Positions 9,439 through 19,398 are shown, counted from the first letter of the stretch. The stretch: DNA of 64,000 bases from Nannocystis bainbridge (GCF_028368995.1 NZ_JAQNDL010000001.1:3968001-4032000), one strand, 5' to 3'. Notes: a model not told the origin generated them from the letters alone. Program-made: numbers and translations.

Positions 9439-10356
9439 TCACGCCGGGACCGAGGCCATGACCCACACGTACCAGCTCCAGCAGTTCAGGCAGTAGTACT
9501 TCTCGGCGGTCGAGACCACCGCGTCGTACTTGCGGCCGAGGGCCAGGAACTCGCCGCGGTTGCCGTCGAGCAGCTCGACCCACGGCCCCTCGTCGTGGGC
9601 GAAGCGGAAGCCGACCCGCTCGGGGTCGGCGGAGTCGAAGCAATCGTCGCCGCAGGGCAGCGGGCACACCCCTTCCACCGTGTCGACCGAGAGCGCGCCG
9701 AGCTTCTCGTTGACGCCGTAGTTGCTCTCGTTGGCGACCCCCGCCAGCAGCACCGCCCCGGTGTCGGCCGCCTTGAGCACGAACCACTCGCCCTCGCTGG
9801 AGTGGTGGCCCTCGCCCTGCCAGTAGGCGTCGAGCGCGACCGTCTGCCCGCTCTGGATGTCGATGGCGAAGTCGGCGGGCGCCGTCACGTTGAGCGTGAT
9901 GGCGACGTCGACCTGCTCGCCCTCGCTGCAGAGGAGCGCGACGTCGATCTTGCCCGCCGCGGCCGTCGCCGTCTGCACGGTGCAGGCGGCGGCCATGGTG
10001 ATGGTCTGCTGCTCGCCGTCGATGACCGGCCAGTCGCCGAAGTTGATGCCGATCGACGCGGTGGCGGCGGGATCGGCCGACACGCAGGCCTCGCCGCCGG
10101 TATCCGTGTCGGTGTCGGTCGCCGCCGTGTCGGCATCGGTGTCGGTCGCCGCCGTGTCACCGGTCGTCGGCTCGGTCGCCGCGGAGTCGGTCGCGTCGGT
10201 GTCGGTCGCCGCCGTGTCGGTCGCAGCAGTGTCGGTCGCCGCCGAATCGGTCGCGTCGGTGTCGCTCGTGGTCCCTCCCTCGGGCTTGCAGGCGGGCGCG
10301 ACGATCGCGGTGACGAGGAGGAGCGCGTGGAGGGGGAGCAGAGCACGAGGCAGCAT
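9439..10356 (-). CDS. hypothetical lipoprotein with TDTAA-type linker repeats
   Basis: Signal ending VAPAC, Thr/Asp/Ala low-complexity repeats, then a Cys-containing domain. Confidence 0.75.
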   Translation of the reverse strand: MLPRALLPLHALLLVTAIVAPACKPEGGTTSDTDATDSAATDTAATDTAATDTDATDSAATEPTTGDTAATDTDADTAATDTDTDTGGEACVSADPAATASIGINFGDWPVIDGEQQTITMAAACTVQTATAAAGKIDVALLCSEGEQVDVAITLNVTAPADFAIDIQSGQTVALDAYWQGEGHHSSEGEWFVLKAADTGAVLLAGVANESNYGVNEKLGALSVDTVEGVCPLPCGDDCFDSADPERVGFRFAHDEGPWVELLDGNRGEFLALGRKYDAVVSTAEKYYCLNCWSWYVWVMASVPA

Positions 10357-10594
10357 GGCGACGGACCATAGGCACACGGCGTGCCAAGCCCTCCGGGCAG
10401 GAATTCGCCGCCCTGCGTGAGCGCGTGAGGGTCCCCGCGACACGCACGCCCGGGCGCTCGCACCGTCGCGGTCCTGCTCACGCGCGAGCGAGCGGCACGC
10501 CGGGGTCCACGCGACCCGGCACGACTCCGAGCACCGCATGCGCCGGAGAACTCGCGAGGTGCGCGACTCGAGGACCCATGCCCGGCGATGCTCC

Positions 10595-10664
10595 TGTCCC
10601 GATGAACATGCCCCTTCGAACATGCTCTTTATGGCATGCGCGAAAGAACATGCCCGTCAGGACA
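10595..10664. repeat. Tandem array of five 14-bp TG..CA units
   Basis: TGTCCCGATGAACA TGCCCCTTCGAACA TGCTCTTTATGGCA TGCGCGAAAGAACA TGCCCGTCAGGACA, followed by half unit TGTCTC and the stop at 10671. Confidence 0.9.
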
Positions 10665-10670
10665 TGTCTC

Positions 10671-11150
10671 TCAGTCCGGGAACGCCCGTGAGCACTGGTC
10701 GAGCAGCCACGGCAGCTCGGCGTTGCGGTCGCCCAGCAGCACCGTCACGCACGCCGCGGCGCGCGGGCTGGTCTCGCGCTCGCAGGCGCTCTGGTCGGCC
10801 GCGCGGCTGGCCTGCAGCAGCTTCGCGGCCGCGCCCGCGCTGTCGATGTCGCGGTAGAGCGCGTCGGCGGCGGCGAACATGGCCGAGCAGGCCTGCTTGC
10901 GGTCGGTCGGCAGCGGGTCGGGCAGGCGCGACGCGACCTGGGTCCGCAGCGCCGCCGCCTCGCCGTCGTAGTCGGGCTGGTTGGCGAACCCGCGCGCGTC
11001 GTTGTTGGCGGTGCGGCCCGCGGGCGGGCTCGGCTGCGTCGGCGCCGGCGCGGCGTCCGACGACGTCGGCGAGGCCGAGCGCCCTTCCGGGGCCGGGGTA
11101 CAGGCGGCGAGGAGCACCACCGCGAAGAGAGCGTCCCGCGCGCGAGGCAT
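10671..11150 (-). CDS. hypothetical lipoprotein
   Basis: Lipobox LAAC, Pro-rich linker and a helical domain with four Cys. Confidence 0.7.
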   Translation of the reverse strand: MPRARDALFAVVLLAACTPAPEGRSASPTSSDAAPAPTQPSPPAGRTANNDARGFANQPDYDGEAAALRTQVASRLPDPLPTDRKQACSAMFAAADALYRDIDSAGAAAKLLQASRAADQSACERETSPRAAACVTVLLGDRNAELPWLLDQCSRAFPD

Positions 11151-11344
11151 GCGGCCGGAGCATAGCCGCCCCCGCCCCCGACGTCTCGCTTCGCGGGCCG
11201 TCCGGCGCCCCCTCGATCGGCCCTGCCCGCCGTCCTGCCGTATCCGCGAAGCACCTGCGAAGGCCTCATGTCACGGACACGGTGCGCCGATCCGCACGCC
11301 CGTGCGCATGCGCCGGCGCGGCCTGCCGCGATAGGATGCCCGCC

Positions 11345-13189
11345 ATGACGGCGGTCCCTCGCGACGCGTGGCCCATGGTCTCTCTCGCCCTCGCGGCGCT
11401 CCTGTCCGGCAGGGCGAGCGCCGCGACCGAGCCGGGCAGCCTGCAGAACCCGCTCGAGAAGGCGGCCGACTGCCGCAAGTGCCACGCCTTCGCCAACCCG
11501 CCGCAGCACGTCGAGCTGCCCAACGTCTCGCCGATCGCGTGGGCCGGCGGGATGATGGCCAACGCCGCCCGCGACCCGGTGTTCTGGGCCGGCGTGGCGA
11601 TCGCCGCCCAGGACATGCCCGGCGAGACCAATAGCTGCATCCGCTGCCACTCGCCGCGGGCCTTCGTGGCTGGCCGCGACGACGCCACGGCGATCGACGA
11701 CCTCGATCCCGACGACCTCTCCGGCGTGGACTGCGACCTCTGTCACCGCATGATCGACGACGGCCTCACCCCGTTCGGCGACGCGCACTACACCATCGAC
11801 GACGTCGTCGGCGACGCCGGCGACGTGCCCAAGCAGGGCCCGTGGTCCTACGACGGCGGCGACAAGCCGATGCACAGCTGGGTCGTCGGCGACCTGCTGG
11901 GCCGCTCCGAGCACTGCGGCACCTGTCACGACGTCACCACCGGGCGCGACCGCCTCGACGACCGCGGCCAGCCGATCGGCGCCAAGTTCAACGAGCAGCG
12001 CACCTACAGCGAGTGGCTCGCCAGCGCCTACGCGAGCGAGGGCCTCGAGTTCAAGTCGTGCCAGGACTGCCACATGCCGGCGGTCGACGACGTGGCCGGC
12101 TGCGCCGAGTTCAACGGCCAGGGCACCTTCCACCCGACCGGCGGCCGCCGCCACGACCTCGCGGGGGCGAACCGCCGCATGGTCGAGATCTTGAAAACCC
12201 TCTACGGCAGCGAGGGCAGCGGCGACATCGAGGACGCGTACTTCGAGGTCGCGCTCGCCGGCATCGACCTGTCGCTGGCCGGGGCCGCCACGCTCGAGGT
12301 CACCGCGCCGGCGGAGGTCGACCTCGCCGCGGGCATCGACGCGTGGACGGTCAAGGTCACCAACAACACCGGCCACAAGCTGCCGACCGGCTACTCCGAG
12401 GGTCGCGTCATGTGGCTCGAGGTCACCGCGAGCTACTTCGACGAGGTCGTCTACGCCTCGGGCCGGTGGCTCGCCGGCGAGGGCCTCGAGGGTGACCCTC
12501 AGCAGCGCACCTACGAGGCGATCGCCGTCCACCAGCAGACCGGCGTCACCAACCATTTGCTGCTCAACGACTACTGGCAGGTCGACAGCAGGATCCCCCC
12601 CAAAGGCCTCCAGGCGGGCATCGAGACCGACCCCGTCGGCGACCGCTACACCCCGCTGCCCGACGAGACCTGGCCGCACTGGGACGAGGTCACCTACTCG
12701 TTCGGCCCGGGCCAGGCGATCGACACCACCCCCGGCGTGGCCGACGTGCTCGACCTCCGCGTCCGCCTCCTCTACGTCATCAACACCCCGGCCTACCTCG
12801 ATTTCCTGGCCGACGAGAACCACACCAACAGCGCCGGCGCCGACGCGCGGGCCCTGTTCCCGGCCGAACCTGATCCATTGGTCCTGGCCGAATGGACAGC
12901 CTCGGTGCCGGTCGTCGGCCTGGTCGAGGAGGGCGCGACCGACACCGGCGCGACCGACAGCGACACCACCAGCGACACCACCGGCCCGGCGCCGACCACC
13001 GGCGCGACGACGGAGCCGACGTCGTCGAGCTCGGGCGCGACGCCCACCAGCACGAGCGGCGGAGCGTCCGACAGCGCGACGACCAGCGGGCAGACCGGCG
13101 GCGAAGACGGCTGCGGCTGCCGCCAGAGCAGCCCGGCCGGCAGCCTCGCGCTGCTGCTGCTCGCGCTCGTCCGCCGCCGCCGCCGCTGA
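11345..13189 (+). CDS. Pentaheme cytochrome c with MYXO-CTERM-type tail
   Basis: Signal peptide, five CXXCH motifs (CRKCH, CIRCH, CDLCH, CGTCH, CQDCH), NTGHKLPTG, Thr/Ser linker, then GCGC-hydrophobic-RRRRR. Confidence 0.85.
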   Translation: MTAVPRDAWPMVSLALAALLSGRASAATEPGSLQNPLEKAADCRKCHAFANPPQHVELPNVSPIAWAGGMMANAARDPVFWAGVAIAAQDMPGETNSCIRCHSPRAFVAGRDDATAIDDLDPDDLSGVDCDLCHRMIDDGLTPFGDAHYTIDDVVGDAGDVPKQGPWSYDGGDKPMHSWVVGDLLGRSEHCGTCHDVTTGRDRLDDRGQPIGAKFNEQRTYSEWLASAYASEGLEFKSCQDCHMPAVDDVAGCAEFNGQGTFHPTGGRRHDLAGANRRMVEILKTLYGSEGSGDIEDAYFEVALAGIDLSLAGAATLEVTAPAEVDLAAGIDAWTVKVTNNTGHKLPTGYSEGRVMWLEVTASYFDEVVYASGRWLAGEGLEGDPQQRTYEAIAVHQQTGVTNHLLLNDYWQVDSRIPPKGLQAGIETDPVGDRYTPLPDETWPHWDEVTYSFGPGQAIDTTPGVADVLDLRVRLLYVINTPAYLDFLADENHTNSAGADARALFPAEPDPLVLAEWTASVPVVGLVEEGATDTGATDSDTTSDTTGPAPTTGATTEPTSSSSGATPTSTSGGASDSATTSGQTGGEDGCGCRQSSPAGSLALLLLALVRRRRR

Positions 13190-13905
13190 TTGCCCTGCTG
13201 CGCCTCGCCAGCGCCGCGGCCGCTGACGGTCCCCCTGCCAGCGCCGCGGCGATGGCCCGAAGCCACCGCCCTCGCATTGCGGCCACCGCCTGCTGAACCT
13301 GCCGGAGCGTCACGGAGATCTCGCAAGCGCAATTCCGCCCACCCCGCCCCTCACCGCGCCTCACGCGCACGAAGAATGAACAGCGTCTCGCCCGCCTCGT
13401 GGCAGCTTTCCCGTTAAGCCGCCATCATTTCCGGCCATTTATTTCCCCACTTACTCTTCGCCGACTCGCCTGCCAAACGCCCCCTGCTCGCCTCCTCGCA
13501 CCGCCCCCGGCCGTGGAGACGCCCCGGCCACCGTTCCCGCGCGGCCTTCACCGACCGCGAGCGCTGCCGTACTGTCACATTCGCCAGGGCACCCGCTTCA
13601 CCTGACCTTTTGGACATGTGCATCGACCCGCGTTTCGATGAGCGCCCGTTCATCCGCGTCGCCCTCGCGCGGCCCTGGAACCGGTGAACCGCACTTAACT
13701 CGACCGCTCGCGGCCTCGCTCGTACTTTGATTGCGTCGAGTCCAGTCGGGGCGCTGCGCAGCTCCTCCGCCTGTCCTCGATCGCCGCCGCTCCGGTGGCG
13801 AGAGCGCCGATGCGCCTCCCGTTCGCCGCCGCTGCCCGGCTGCGCCGGCGAGCCCGCCGCGCCGTGCGAGCGTCACGGCGCCGTCCTTCCCCTGCAAGGA
13901 GCCGA

Positions 13906-15426
13906 ATGACGGTACCACGATATGCCCCCCCGCACCCCGCGTCGCGCCCCTGCTTGCAATTGGTGTCGTCGCATTCGCGCCGCGCCGCCCCTGGCGACGG
14001 CGGCCCGCGCCCCTCGCTCGTCGCCGCGATCGACGATTTGCCGGAGCTCACGGGCGACGTCTTCGTCGCCGCCCTCGCCCGCGAGACCGCCGCCGGCACG
14101 CGCGTCCTGGCCTATCACGCCCGCCGCGACGACGACCGCGGCGTCGTCTTGACCGCCGCGCTGGTGCGCCCGCGCGGCCTCGCGGTGATGCGCGGCCGCG
14201 CCGTGCCCGACCGCCCGCTGCCGGCCCTGAGCGGCCCGCTCGGCGCCCACGAGCGCCTGCTCGAGCGGACCTACGGCCTGCAGCTCGCCGCCCCGCCTTC
14301 GCGCGAAGAATCGACCGACCCGCGCGACATGTGGTTCTGGCCCGCCGACAAGCACCTCGGCCCCGGCGACCGCGACGCGAGCTTCGGCGGCCTCGTCGAG
14401 CACGGCCCGCTGCGCCTGCACTGCCGCGGCGACCAGATCCGCGTCGCCGAGCTGCGCCCGCTCGCCGAGCGCGACTTCGAGTCCGCCCTGGGCACGCAGC
14501 CGTTCGCCGAGCTGCCCGCGCGGATCGAGGCCCTGCGCGACGAGGGCAGCATCGCCCGCGCCTGGGCCCACGCCCTGGCGATCGAGGGCCTCGCCGGCGT
14601 CGAGGTCGACCTCGCCTGCAGCGTGCACCGCGGCGTCGGCCTCGAGCTCGAGCGGATCGCCGGCCACCTCCTCGGCCTCGCTCGCATCGCCCGCGCGATC
14701 GGCTGCGGCCCCGCCGCGTCCGAGCTCGAGCGCCTGCACGCCCGCGTCCGCGACCTCCTCGTGCGCCTGTGCGGCGACCCCCACGGGCACGGCTTCATCC
14801 GCCCCGGCGGCGCGCCCGAGCCGTTCAACGCTTCCCGCATCGCCGACGTGCGCGCCACCCTCGCTGCGCTGCGCGACGCCTTCGCTCGCACCGGCGCGGG
14901 CCTGCTGCGCGCTCGCTCGGTCCAGGCCCGCCTCGACGGCGTCGGGGGTCTCAGCCGCCGCGACGCCGCCCTCGCCGGCCTCGTCGGTCCGGCTGCGCGC
15001 GCCAGCGGCCTGGCGCACGACCTCCGGCGCGACCTCCCCGGCCGCCTCTACCGCCGCCACGAGGTCGAGCTGTTCGTCGAGCACGACGGCGACTGCCTCG
15101 CCCGCACCTCCGTGCGCGTGCACGAGGTCGAGGCCGCCCTCGCGTGGATCCTCGGCTGCGTCGCCGGGGCCGCCGCTGCGCGTACCTCGGGGATCGCCCC
15201 GCTCGCCGCGCGTCACCTGGCGATCGCCGCCGTCGAGGGCGCGCGCGGGCCGATCGTCCATTTGCTCGAGACCGACGCCACCGGTCAGCTGATCGACTAT
15301 CGCGCCCAGGACCCCGCCATGTTCGCCTGGCCCGCCCTGGCCACCGCCGTGCGCGGCGGCTCGCTCGCCGACGTGCCCCTGTGCGGCCACAGCCTCGACC
15401 TCTCGCTCGGCGGCCCCGCCTGCTGA
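13906..15426 (+). CDS. HyfG/EhrL-like (complex I C/D-like) large subunit lacking Ni-binding Cys motifs
   Basis: AAGGAG RBS. Motifs LELERIAGHL, GLVGPAARASG..DLR, GDCLAR, VEGARG and ADVPLC. No CxxC pairs. Confidence 0.75.
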   Translation: MTVPRYAPPHPASRPCLQLVSSHSRRAAPGDGGPRPSLVAAIDDLPELTGDVFVAALARETAAGTRVLAYHARRDDDRGVVLTAALVRPRGLAVMRGRAVPDRPLPALSGPLGAHERLLERTYGLQLAAPPSREESTDPRDMWFWPADKHLGPGDRDASFGGLVEHGPLRLHCRGDQIRVAELRPLAERDFESALGTQPFAELPARIEALRDEGSIARAWAHALAIEGLAGVEVDLACSVHRGVGLELERIAGHLLGLARIARAIGCGPAASELERLHARVRDLLVRLCGDPHGHGFIRPGGAPEPFNASRIADVRATLAALRDAFARTGAGLLRARSVQARLDGVGGLSRRDAALAGLVGPAARASGLAHDLRRDLPGRLYRRHEVELFVEHDGDCLARTSVRVHEVEAALAWILGCVAGAAAARTSGIAPLAARHLAIAAVEGARGPIVHLLETDATGQLIDYRAQDPAMFAWPALATAVRGGSLADVPLCGHSLDLSLGGPAC

Positions 15427-15501
15427 TGCTCTCACGGGCGCGCCCGCCGACCTCCGTCCTCGACCTCCTCGCCACGCACGACTCACCCACCGGCTTCGAT
15501 C

Positions 15502-16218
15502 ATGCAGGCACCCACTCCAGCCACCGTCGCCAAGATCCTCGTCGTCGAGGACAACCGCAAGCTCGCCAGCTTCCTCTCGCGCGCGCTCTCCGAGGAGGGC
15601 TACGTCGTCGACCTCGTCGAGGACGGCGCGGTCGCGGTGTCGCAGGCGCGCAGCATCCCCTACAACCTCGTGATCCTCGACTGGATGCTGCCCTCGCTCG
15701 ACGGCCTCCACGTCTGCCGCGCCCTGAGGACCGCGGGCAAGACCGTCCCGATCCTCATGCTCACCGCCCGCGCCGACTTCTGTGACCGGATCTCCGGCCT
15801 CGACGCCGGCGCCGACGATTTTTTACCCAAGCCGTTCGACCTCAGCGAGCTGCTCGCCCGCGTGCGCGCCCTCGGCCGTCGCGGCCAGCGCGACCGCTTC
15901 CTCGAGGTCGGCCTGCTGCGCATCGATCGCCAGGACCGCACCGTCTGCTTCGCCGGCGTCGACCTCGACCTCACCCACCGCGAGTTCATGCTGCTCGGCT
16001 ACCTCGCGCGCGAGGCCGGCCGCGTCGTCTCCCGCCTCGAGCTGCTGCAAAACGTGTGGGAGGCCACCTACGACCCCGGCACCAACATGATCGACGTCCA
16101 CGTCAAGAACCTGCGGACCAAGCTCGGCGAGCACGCGGGCATGATCGAGACGGTGCGCGGCGTCGGCTATCGCTGGCACACCGAGGTCGACATTCTCTCG
16201 CCCGAGGCCCGCTCCTGA
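15502..16218 (+). CDS. OmpR/PhoB family response regulator
   Basis: VVEDN, ILDWMLP, LTAR, GADDFLPKPF and winged helix ETVRGVGY. Confidence 0.95.
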   Translation: MQAPTPATVAKILVVEDNRKLASFLSRALSEEGYVVDLVEDGAVAVSQARSIPYNLVILDWMLPSLDGLHVCRALRTAGKTVPILMLTARADFCDRISGLDAGADDFLPKPFDLSELLARVRALGRRGQRDRFLEVGLLRIDRQDRTVCFAGVDLDLTHREFMLLGYLAREAGRVVSRLELLQNVWEATYDPGTNMIDVHVKNLRTKLGEHAGMIETVRGVGYRWHTEVDILSPEARS

Positions 16219-16237
16219 GCCCCCGCTCGCATTCTCA

Positions 16238-16307
16238 TAAACCTTCGAACATGTTCCCGAGAACATGCTCCTATGCGCATGCTCATTTAGACATGTTCTT
16301 TCGCGCA
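16238..16307. repeat. Tandem array of 4-5 14-bp TG..CA units between convergent genes
   Basis: (TAAACCTTCGAACA) TGTTCCCGAGAACA TGCTCCTATGCGCA TGCTCATTTAGACA TGTTCTTTCGCGCA, then TG and the stop at 16310. Confidence 0.85.
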
Positions 16308-16309
16308 TG

Positions 16310-17827
16310 TCACGGGGCGCGCTTGCGCCGGCCCGGGTCGAACCACACCGCCACCTCGATCCCGAGGTTGAGCTCGACCCCGCCGATGGCCGCCAGCGCC
16401 GGCTCCCCCGGGCGCGCCAGCAGCGGCTTGCGCGGCCCGCCTGCGCCTGGCTCCCCCGAGGCCCACAGCTCCGCGCGCGCCCCGGCGCGCACCGCCACGG
16501 CCGGGAGACGCAGCCAGAAGCCCGGCGACAGCCGCAGCCCGCCGCCGAGCAGCGGCCGCGACCCGCCGCGGATCACCGTCGCCTCGCCGCCTGCCAGGCC
16601 CCACCACTCGACCCCGACCAGCCCGACGATCGGCAGCTCGAACGCCCGCACCCGCACGCCGAAGCCCGCCCCCGCCGCCATCCGCACGCGCACCAGCGTG
16701 TGGCGATCGACCGGGGCCACCGTCGCCCGCACCTCGACCGCCGCGATCGCCCCGCGACGCCAGCGCAGGTCGAGCCCGAGCCCGAACATCGCGCCGCGCA
16801 CCCCCGCGAGCGGCCGGTCGAGCCCGAACGAGGCCCCGTCGTAGCGGACCAGGCCGAGCTCGAGCGCGGGCACCCGCGGCTTCGCAGGCGCGGGCAACCG
16901 CGGACAAAGCTGCACCTCGGGACATGTCCTATTAGAAATGTCCTTCGGGACAGGCGACTGCGGCGGTGGTGCGGCGGCGATCGCCGGCGGCACCGGCACG
17001 TCGCGCTGATCGGGGGCGACCGAGTCGTCCTCGATGGCGGCGATCAGCAGCGCCAGCGCGGCCGCCACCGGGCGCGCGGGCGGCTCGTCCTCGGTGTCGA
17101 CGACGCGGAAATAGGCCCGCCCGTCAGCGAGGATCAGCGCCACCTGCACCTGCGTCGGCGACGTCCGCCGCAGGTCGACGAACGCGCGCAGGCCGTCGCC
17201 CACGGGCAGCGCCTCGCCCTGCTGCGCCAGCGCCAGCGACGGCAAGCGCACCCGCAGCGCCCGCGCGACGTCGGCGAACACCAGCCCCTCGACGTGCACC
17301 AGCGCCCCGGCGATCGTCAGCGCCCGCACGCCGACCGGGCCTTCGCTCGCGCCCATCTGCACTGCTGCGGGAGGTCCCGTGCTCGCATCCCTCGGCGCTG
17401 CGTCAGGACTCGAGCTCGCGTCGCTTGGCGGCGAAGGCACGCTCGCTCCCGACATCGCTGGAGGCGACGTGGCCGTATGGCGCTTCGCCCCCCGATCGTC
17501 CCTCGGTGGCGAAGGCTCGCTCGCTCCCGGCGCCGCAGAAGGTGACGCGACTGCGTCACGCTTCGCCCCCTGTTCGTCCCTCGGTGGCGGAGCCACGCTC
17601 GCAGGCGACAGGGCCGCATCACGCTTCGCTCCCTGATCGTCCCTCGGTGACGAACGCTCGCTCGCTCCCGGCGCCGCGTCACGCTTCGCCGCCTGATCGT
17701 CCCTCGGTGGCGAAGGCTCGCTCGCTCCCGGCGCCGCGGACGACAGGGCCGCATCACGCTTCGCCGCCCCGCCAGGCGCGGCGGTCGGGCTCGTCAGCGC
17801 GAGCGCGAGCAGAGGAGCGAAGAGCAC
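16310..17827 (-). CDS. Exported protein with N-terminal repeats and C-terminal beta-barrel-like region
   Basis: Signal peptide, about five AKRDAA..ASEPSPPRDDQ repeats and amphipathic beta strands ending EVAVWF. Confidence 0.65.
   Translation of the reverse strand: MLFAPLLALALTSPTAAPGGAAKRDAALSSAAPGASEPSPPRDDQAAKRDAAPGASERSSPRDDQGAKRDAALSPASVAPPPRDEQGAKRDAVASPSAAPGASEPSPPRDDRGAKRHTATSPPAMSGASVPSPPSDASSSPDAAPRDASTGPPAAVQMGASEGPVGVRALTIAGALVHVEGLVFADVARALRVRLPSLALAQQGEALPVGDGLRAFVDLRRTSPTQVQVALILADGRAYFRVVDTEDEPPARPVAAALALLIAAIEDDSVAPDQRDVPVPPAIAAAPPPQSPVPKDISNRTCPEVQLCPRLPAPAKPRVPALELGLVRYDGASFGLDRPLAGVRGAMFGLGLDLRWRRGAIAAVEVRATVAPVDRHTLVRVRMAAGAGFGVRVRAFELPIVGLVGVEWWGLAGGEATVIRGGSRPLLGGGLRLSPGFWLRLPAVAVRAGARAELWASGEPGAGGPRKPLLARPGEPALAAIGGVELNLGIEVAVWFDPGRRKRAP
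16911..16952. repeat. Three phased 14-bp units (42 bp) inside a CDS linker
   Basis: TGCACCTCGGGACA TGTCCTATTAGAAA TGTCCTTCGGGACA. Confidence 0.8.
17440..17770. repeat. Imperfect 60-78 bp intragenic tandem repeats
   Basis: Recurring tcgtccctcggtggcgaaggctcgctcgctcccggcgccgc and tcacgcttcgc segments. Confidence 0.8.
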
Positions 17828-18138
17828 GGCGAGCCGCTATATAGCCCGCCGGGGCCGACGCGGCGAGGGCTGCCGGCAGGTGCGTGTCGACTCGCGCAAT
17901 CTCGCCACGCTCACCGCCGCGGCTCGATCGGGGTGCCTCGCCTCACTGCATGTTGCGCCCGACCTGAGGCGAGCAGACGCGAACCTCGGCTACAGGCGCA
18001 ACCGACCAGCGTGGCCGATCGTCCTGGGCATGTTGCCCGGGACAAGCCGTCGCGCCGGTCGACTCGAGGCGACCGGCGCGTGACGAGCGGACGCAGCAGC
18101 CCTCGTCAGCCGCGGGCGCTCGTTCGTGATCCCTGCCG

Positions 18139-19398
18139 TCAGGGCTGGCCGAGGCAATCGGCGAGCTTCTGATCGCACACGGCAGGCTCGCCCCCTTGCT
18201 CGAGGCACCCCTGGTGCTGCTCGAAGCACTCGAACGGCGGCGGCGGCTCCGGCGGGCCCGCGCACAGCTCCCACTGCGCCTTGCACTCCTCCGGGGCGAT
18301 GCCCTCTTGCAAGCACAGCTCGAGCTCGAGGTCGCAACCATTCGGCGGCGGCGGCTCGCCGAGGCACTCCTGCAGCGCCCCCTCGCACTCCGACGGATCG
18401 ATCCCCTGCTCGAGGCACTGCTGGAAATGCCAGTGGCACTCGTCCGGCGCCGGCGGCTGGCCCAGGCACTCCTGCAATTGCGCCTCGCACTCGGCCGGAT
18501 CGATCCCCTGCTGCAGGCACCCCTCGAATTGCCACTTGCAGTCGTCCGGCGGCGGCGGCGGCGGCTCGCCGAGGCACTCTTGCAGCGCCCCCTCGCACTC
18601 CGACGGATCGATCCCCTGCTCGAGGCACTGCTGGAAATGCCAGTGGCACTCGTCCGGCGCCGGCGGCTGGCCCAGGCACTCCTGCAACTGCGCCTCGCAC
18701 TCGGCCGGATCGATCCCCTGCTGCAGGCACCCCTCGAATTGCCACTTGCAGCCGTCGGGCGGCGGCGGCGGCTCGCCGAGGCACTCTTGCAGCGCCCCCT
18801 CGCACTCCGACGGATCGATCCCCTGCTCGAGGCACTCCTGGAAATGCCAGTGGCACTCGTCCGGCGCCGGCGGCGGCTCGCCGACGCACTGCTGCCATTG
18901 CGCCTCGCACTCGCCCGGGTCGTTGCCCTGCTCGAGGCAGATCTCGAGCTGCAGCTTGCACGCGTCCTCCGCCGGCGGCGGGCACGGGTCCGGCGGGCAC
19001 AGCTGCTCGCAGACCTCGACCGGATGGCCCTGCTCGAGGCACTTCACCAGCTCGCCCTTGCAGTCGGGCGGCGGCTGAACGCACTGCTCGAACTCGGCCT
19101 TGCAGAGCGTCGGGTCGACGCCCGCCTCGAAGCAGAGCTGCAGCTGCCATTCGCAGTCCGGCGGCTCGGGCGCCGGCGGCGGCGCGCAGCCCTCGAGCAG
19201 CGGCGCGCACTCCTCGGCCGTGTGGCCCTGGTCGAGGCAGCCCACGTATTGCTGCTTGCAATCGTCGGGGGCCGGCTCGTCGTCCCCGTCTTTCTCCTCG
19301 AGGTCGACCTTCACGTCGCAGCCGGTGGGGACCAGCACGGTGAACACCGTGCACGAGAACAGGAGGCCGAGTCGGCGCAGCAGGGGCAGTGTAGTCAT
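18139..19398 (-). CDS. Lipoprotein with 11 C-x6-C-x9-C-x6-C repeats
   Basis: Signal ending PTGC, with repeats such as ECHWHFQQCLEQGIDPSECEGALQECLG separated by poly-Pro. Confidence 0.85.
   Translation of the reverse strand: MTTLPLLRRLGLLFSCTVFTVLVPTGCDVKVDLEEKDGDDEPAPDDCKQQYVGCLDQGHTAEECAPLLEGCAPPPAPEPPDCEWQLQLCFEAGVDPTLCKAEFEQCVQPPPDCKGELVKCLEQGHPVEVCEQLCPPDPCPPPAEDACKLQLEICLEQGNDPGECEAQWQQCVGEPPPAPDECHWHFQECLEQGIDPSECEGALQECLGEPPPPPDGCKWQFEGCLQQGIDPAECEAQLQECLGQPPAPDECHWHFQQCLEQGIDPSECEGALQECLGEPPPPPPDDCKWQFEGCLQQGIDPAECEAQLQECLGQPPAPDECHWHFQQCLEQGIDPSECEGALQECLGEPPPPNGCDLELELCLQEGIAPEECKAQWELCAGPPEPPPPFECFEQHQGCLEQGGEPAVCDQKLADCLGQP

Noticed and set aside
10595-10670. Junctions match the p53 half-site RRRCATGYYY
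   Set aside because: The match arises from joining two palindromic units. Single copies are often flanked by CC/GG, so the 14-mer is the unit.
13906-15426. Functional [NiFe] hydrogenase
   Set aside because: No CxxC Ni-binding motifs and no small subunit or maturation genes in the window.
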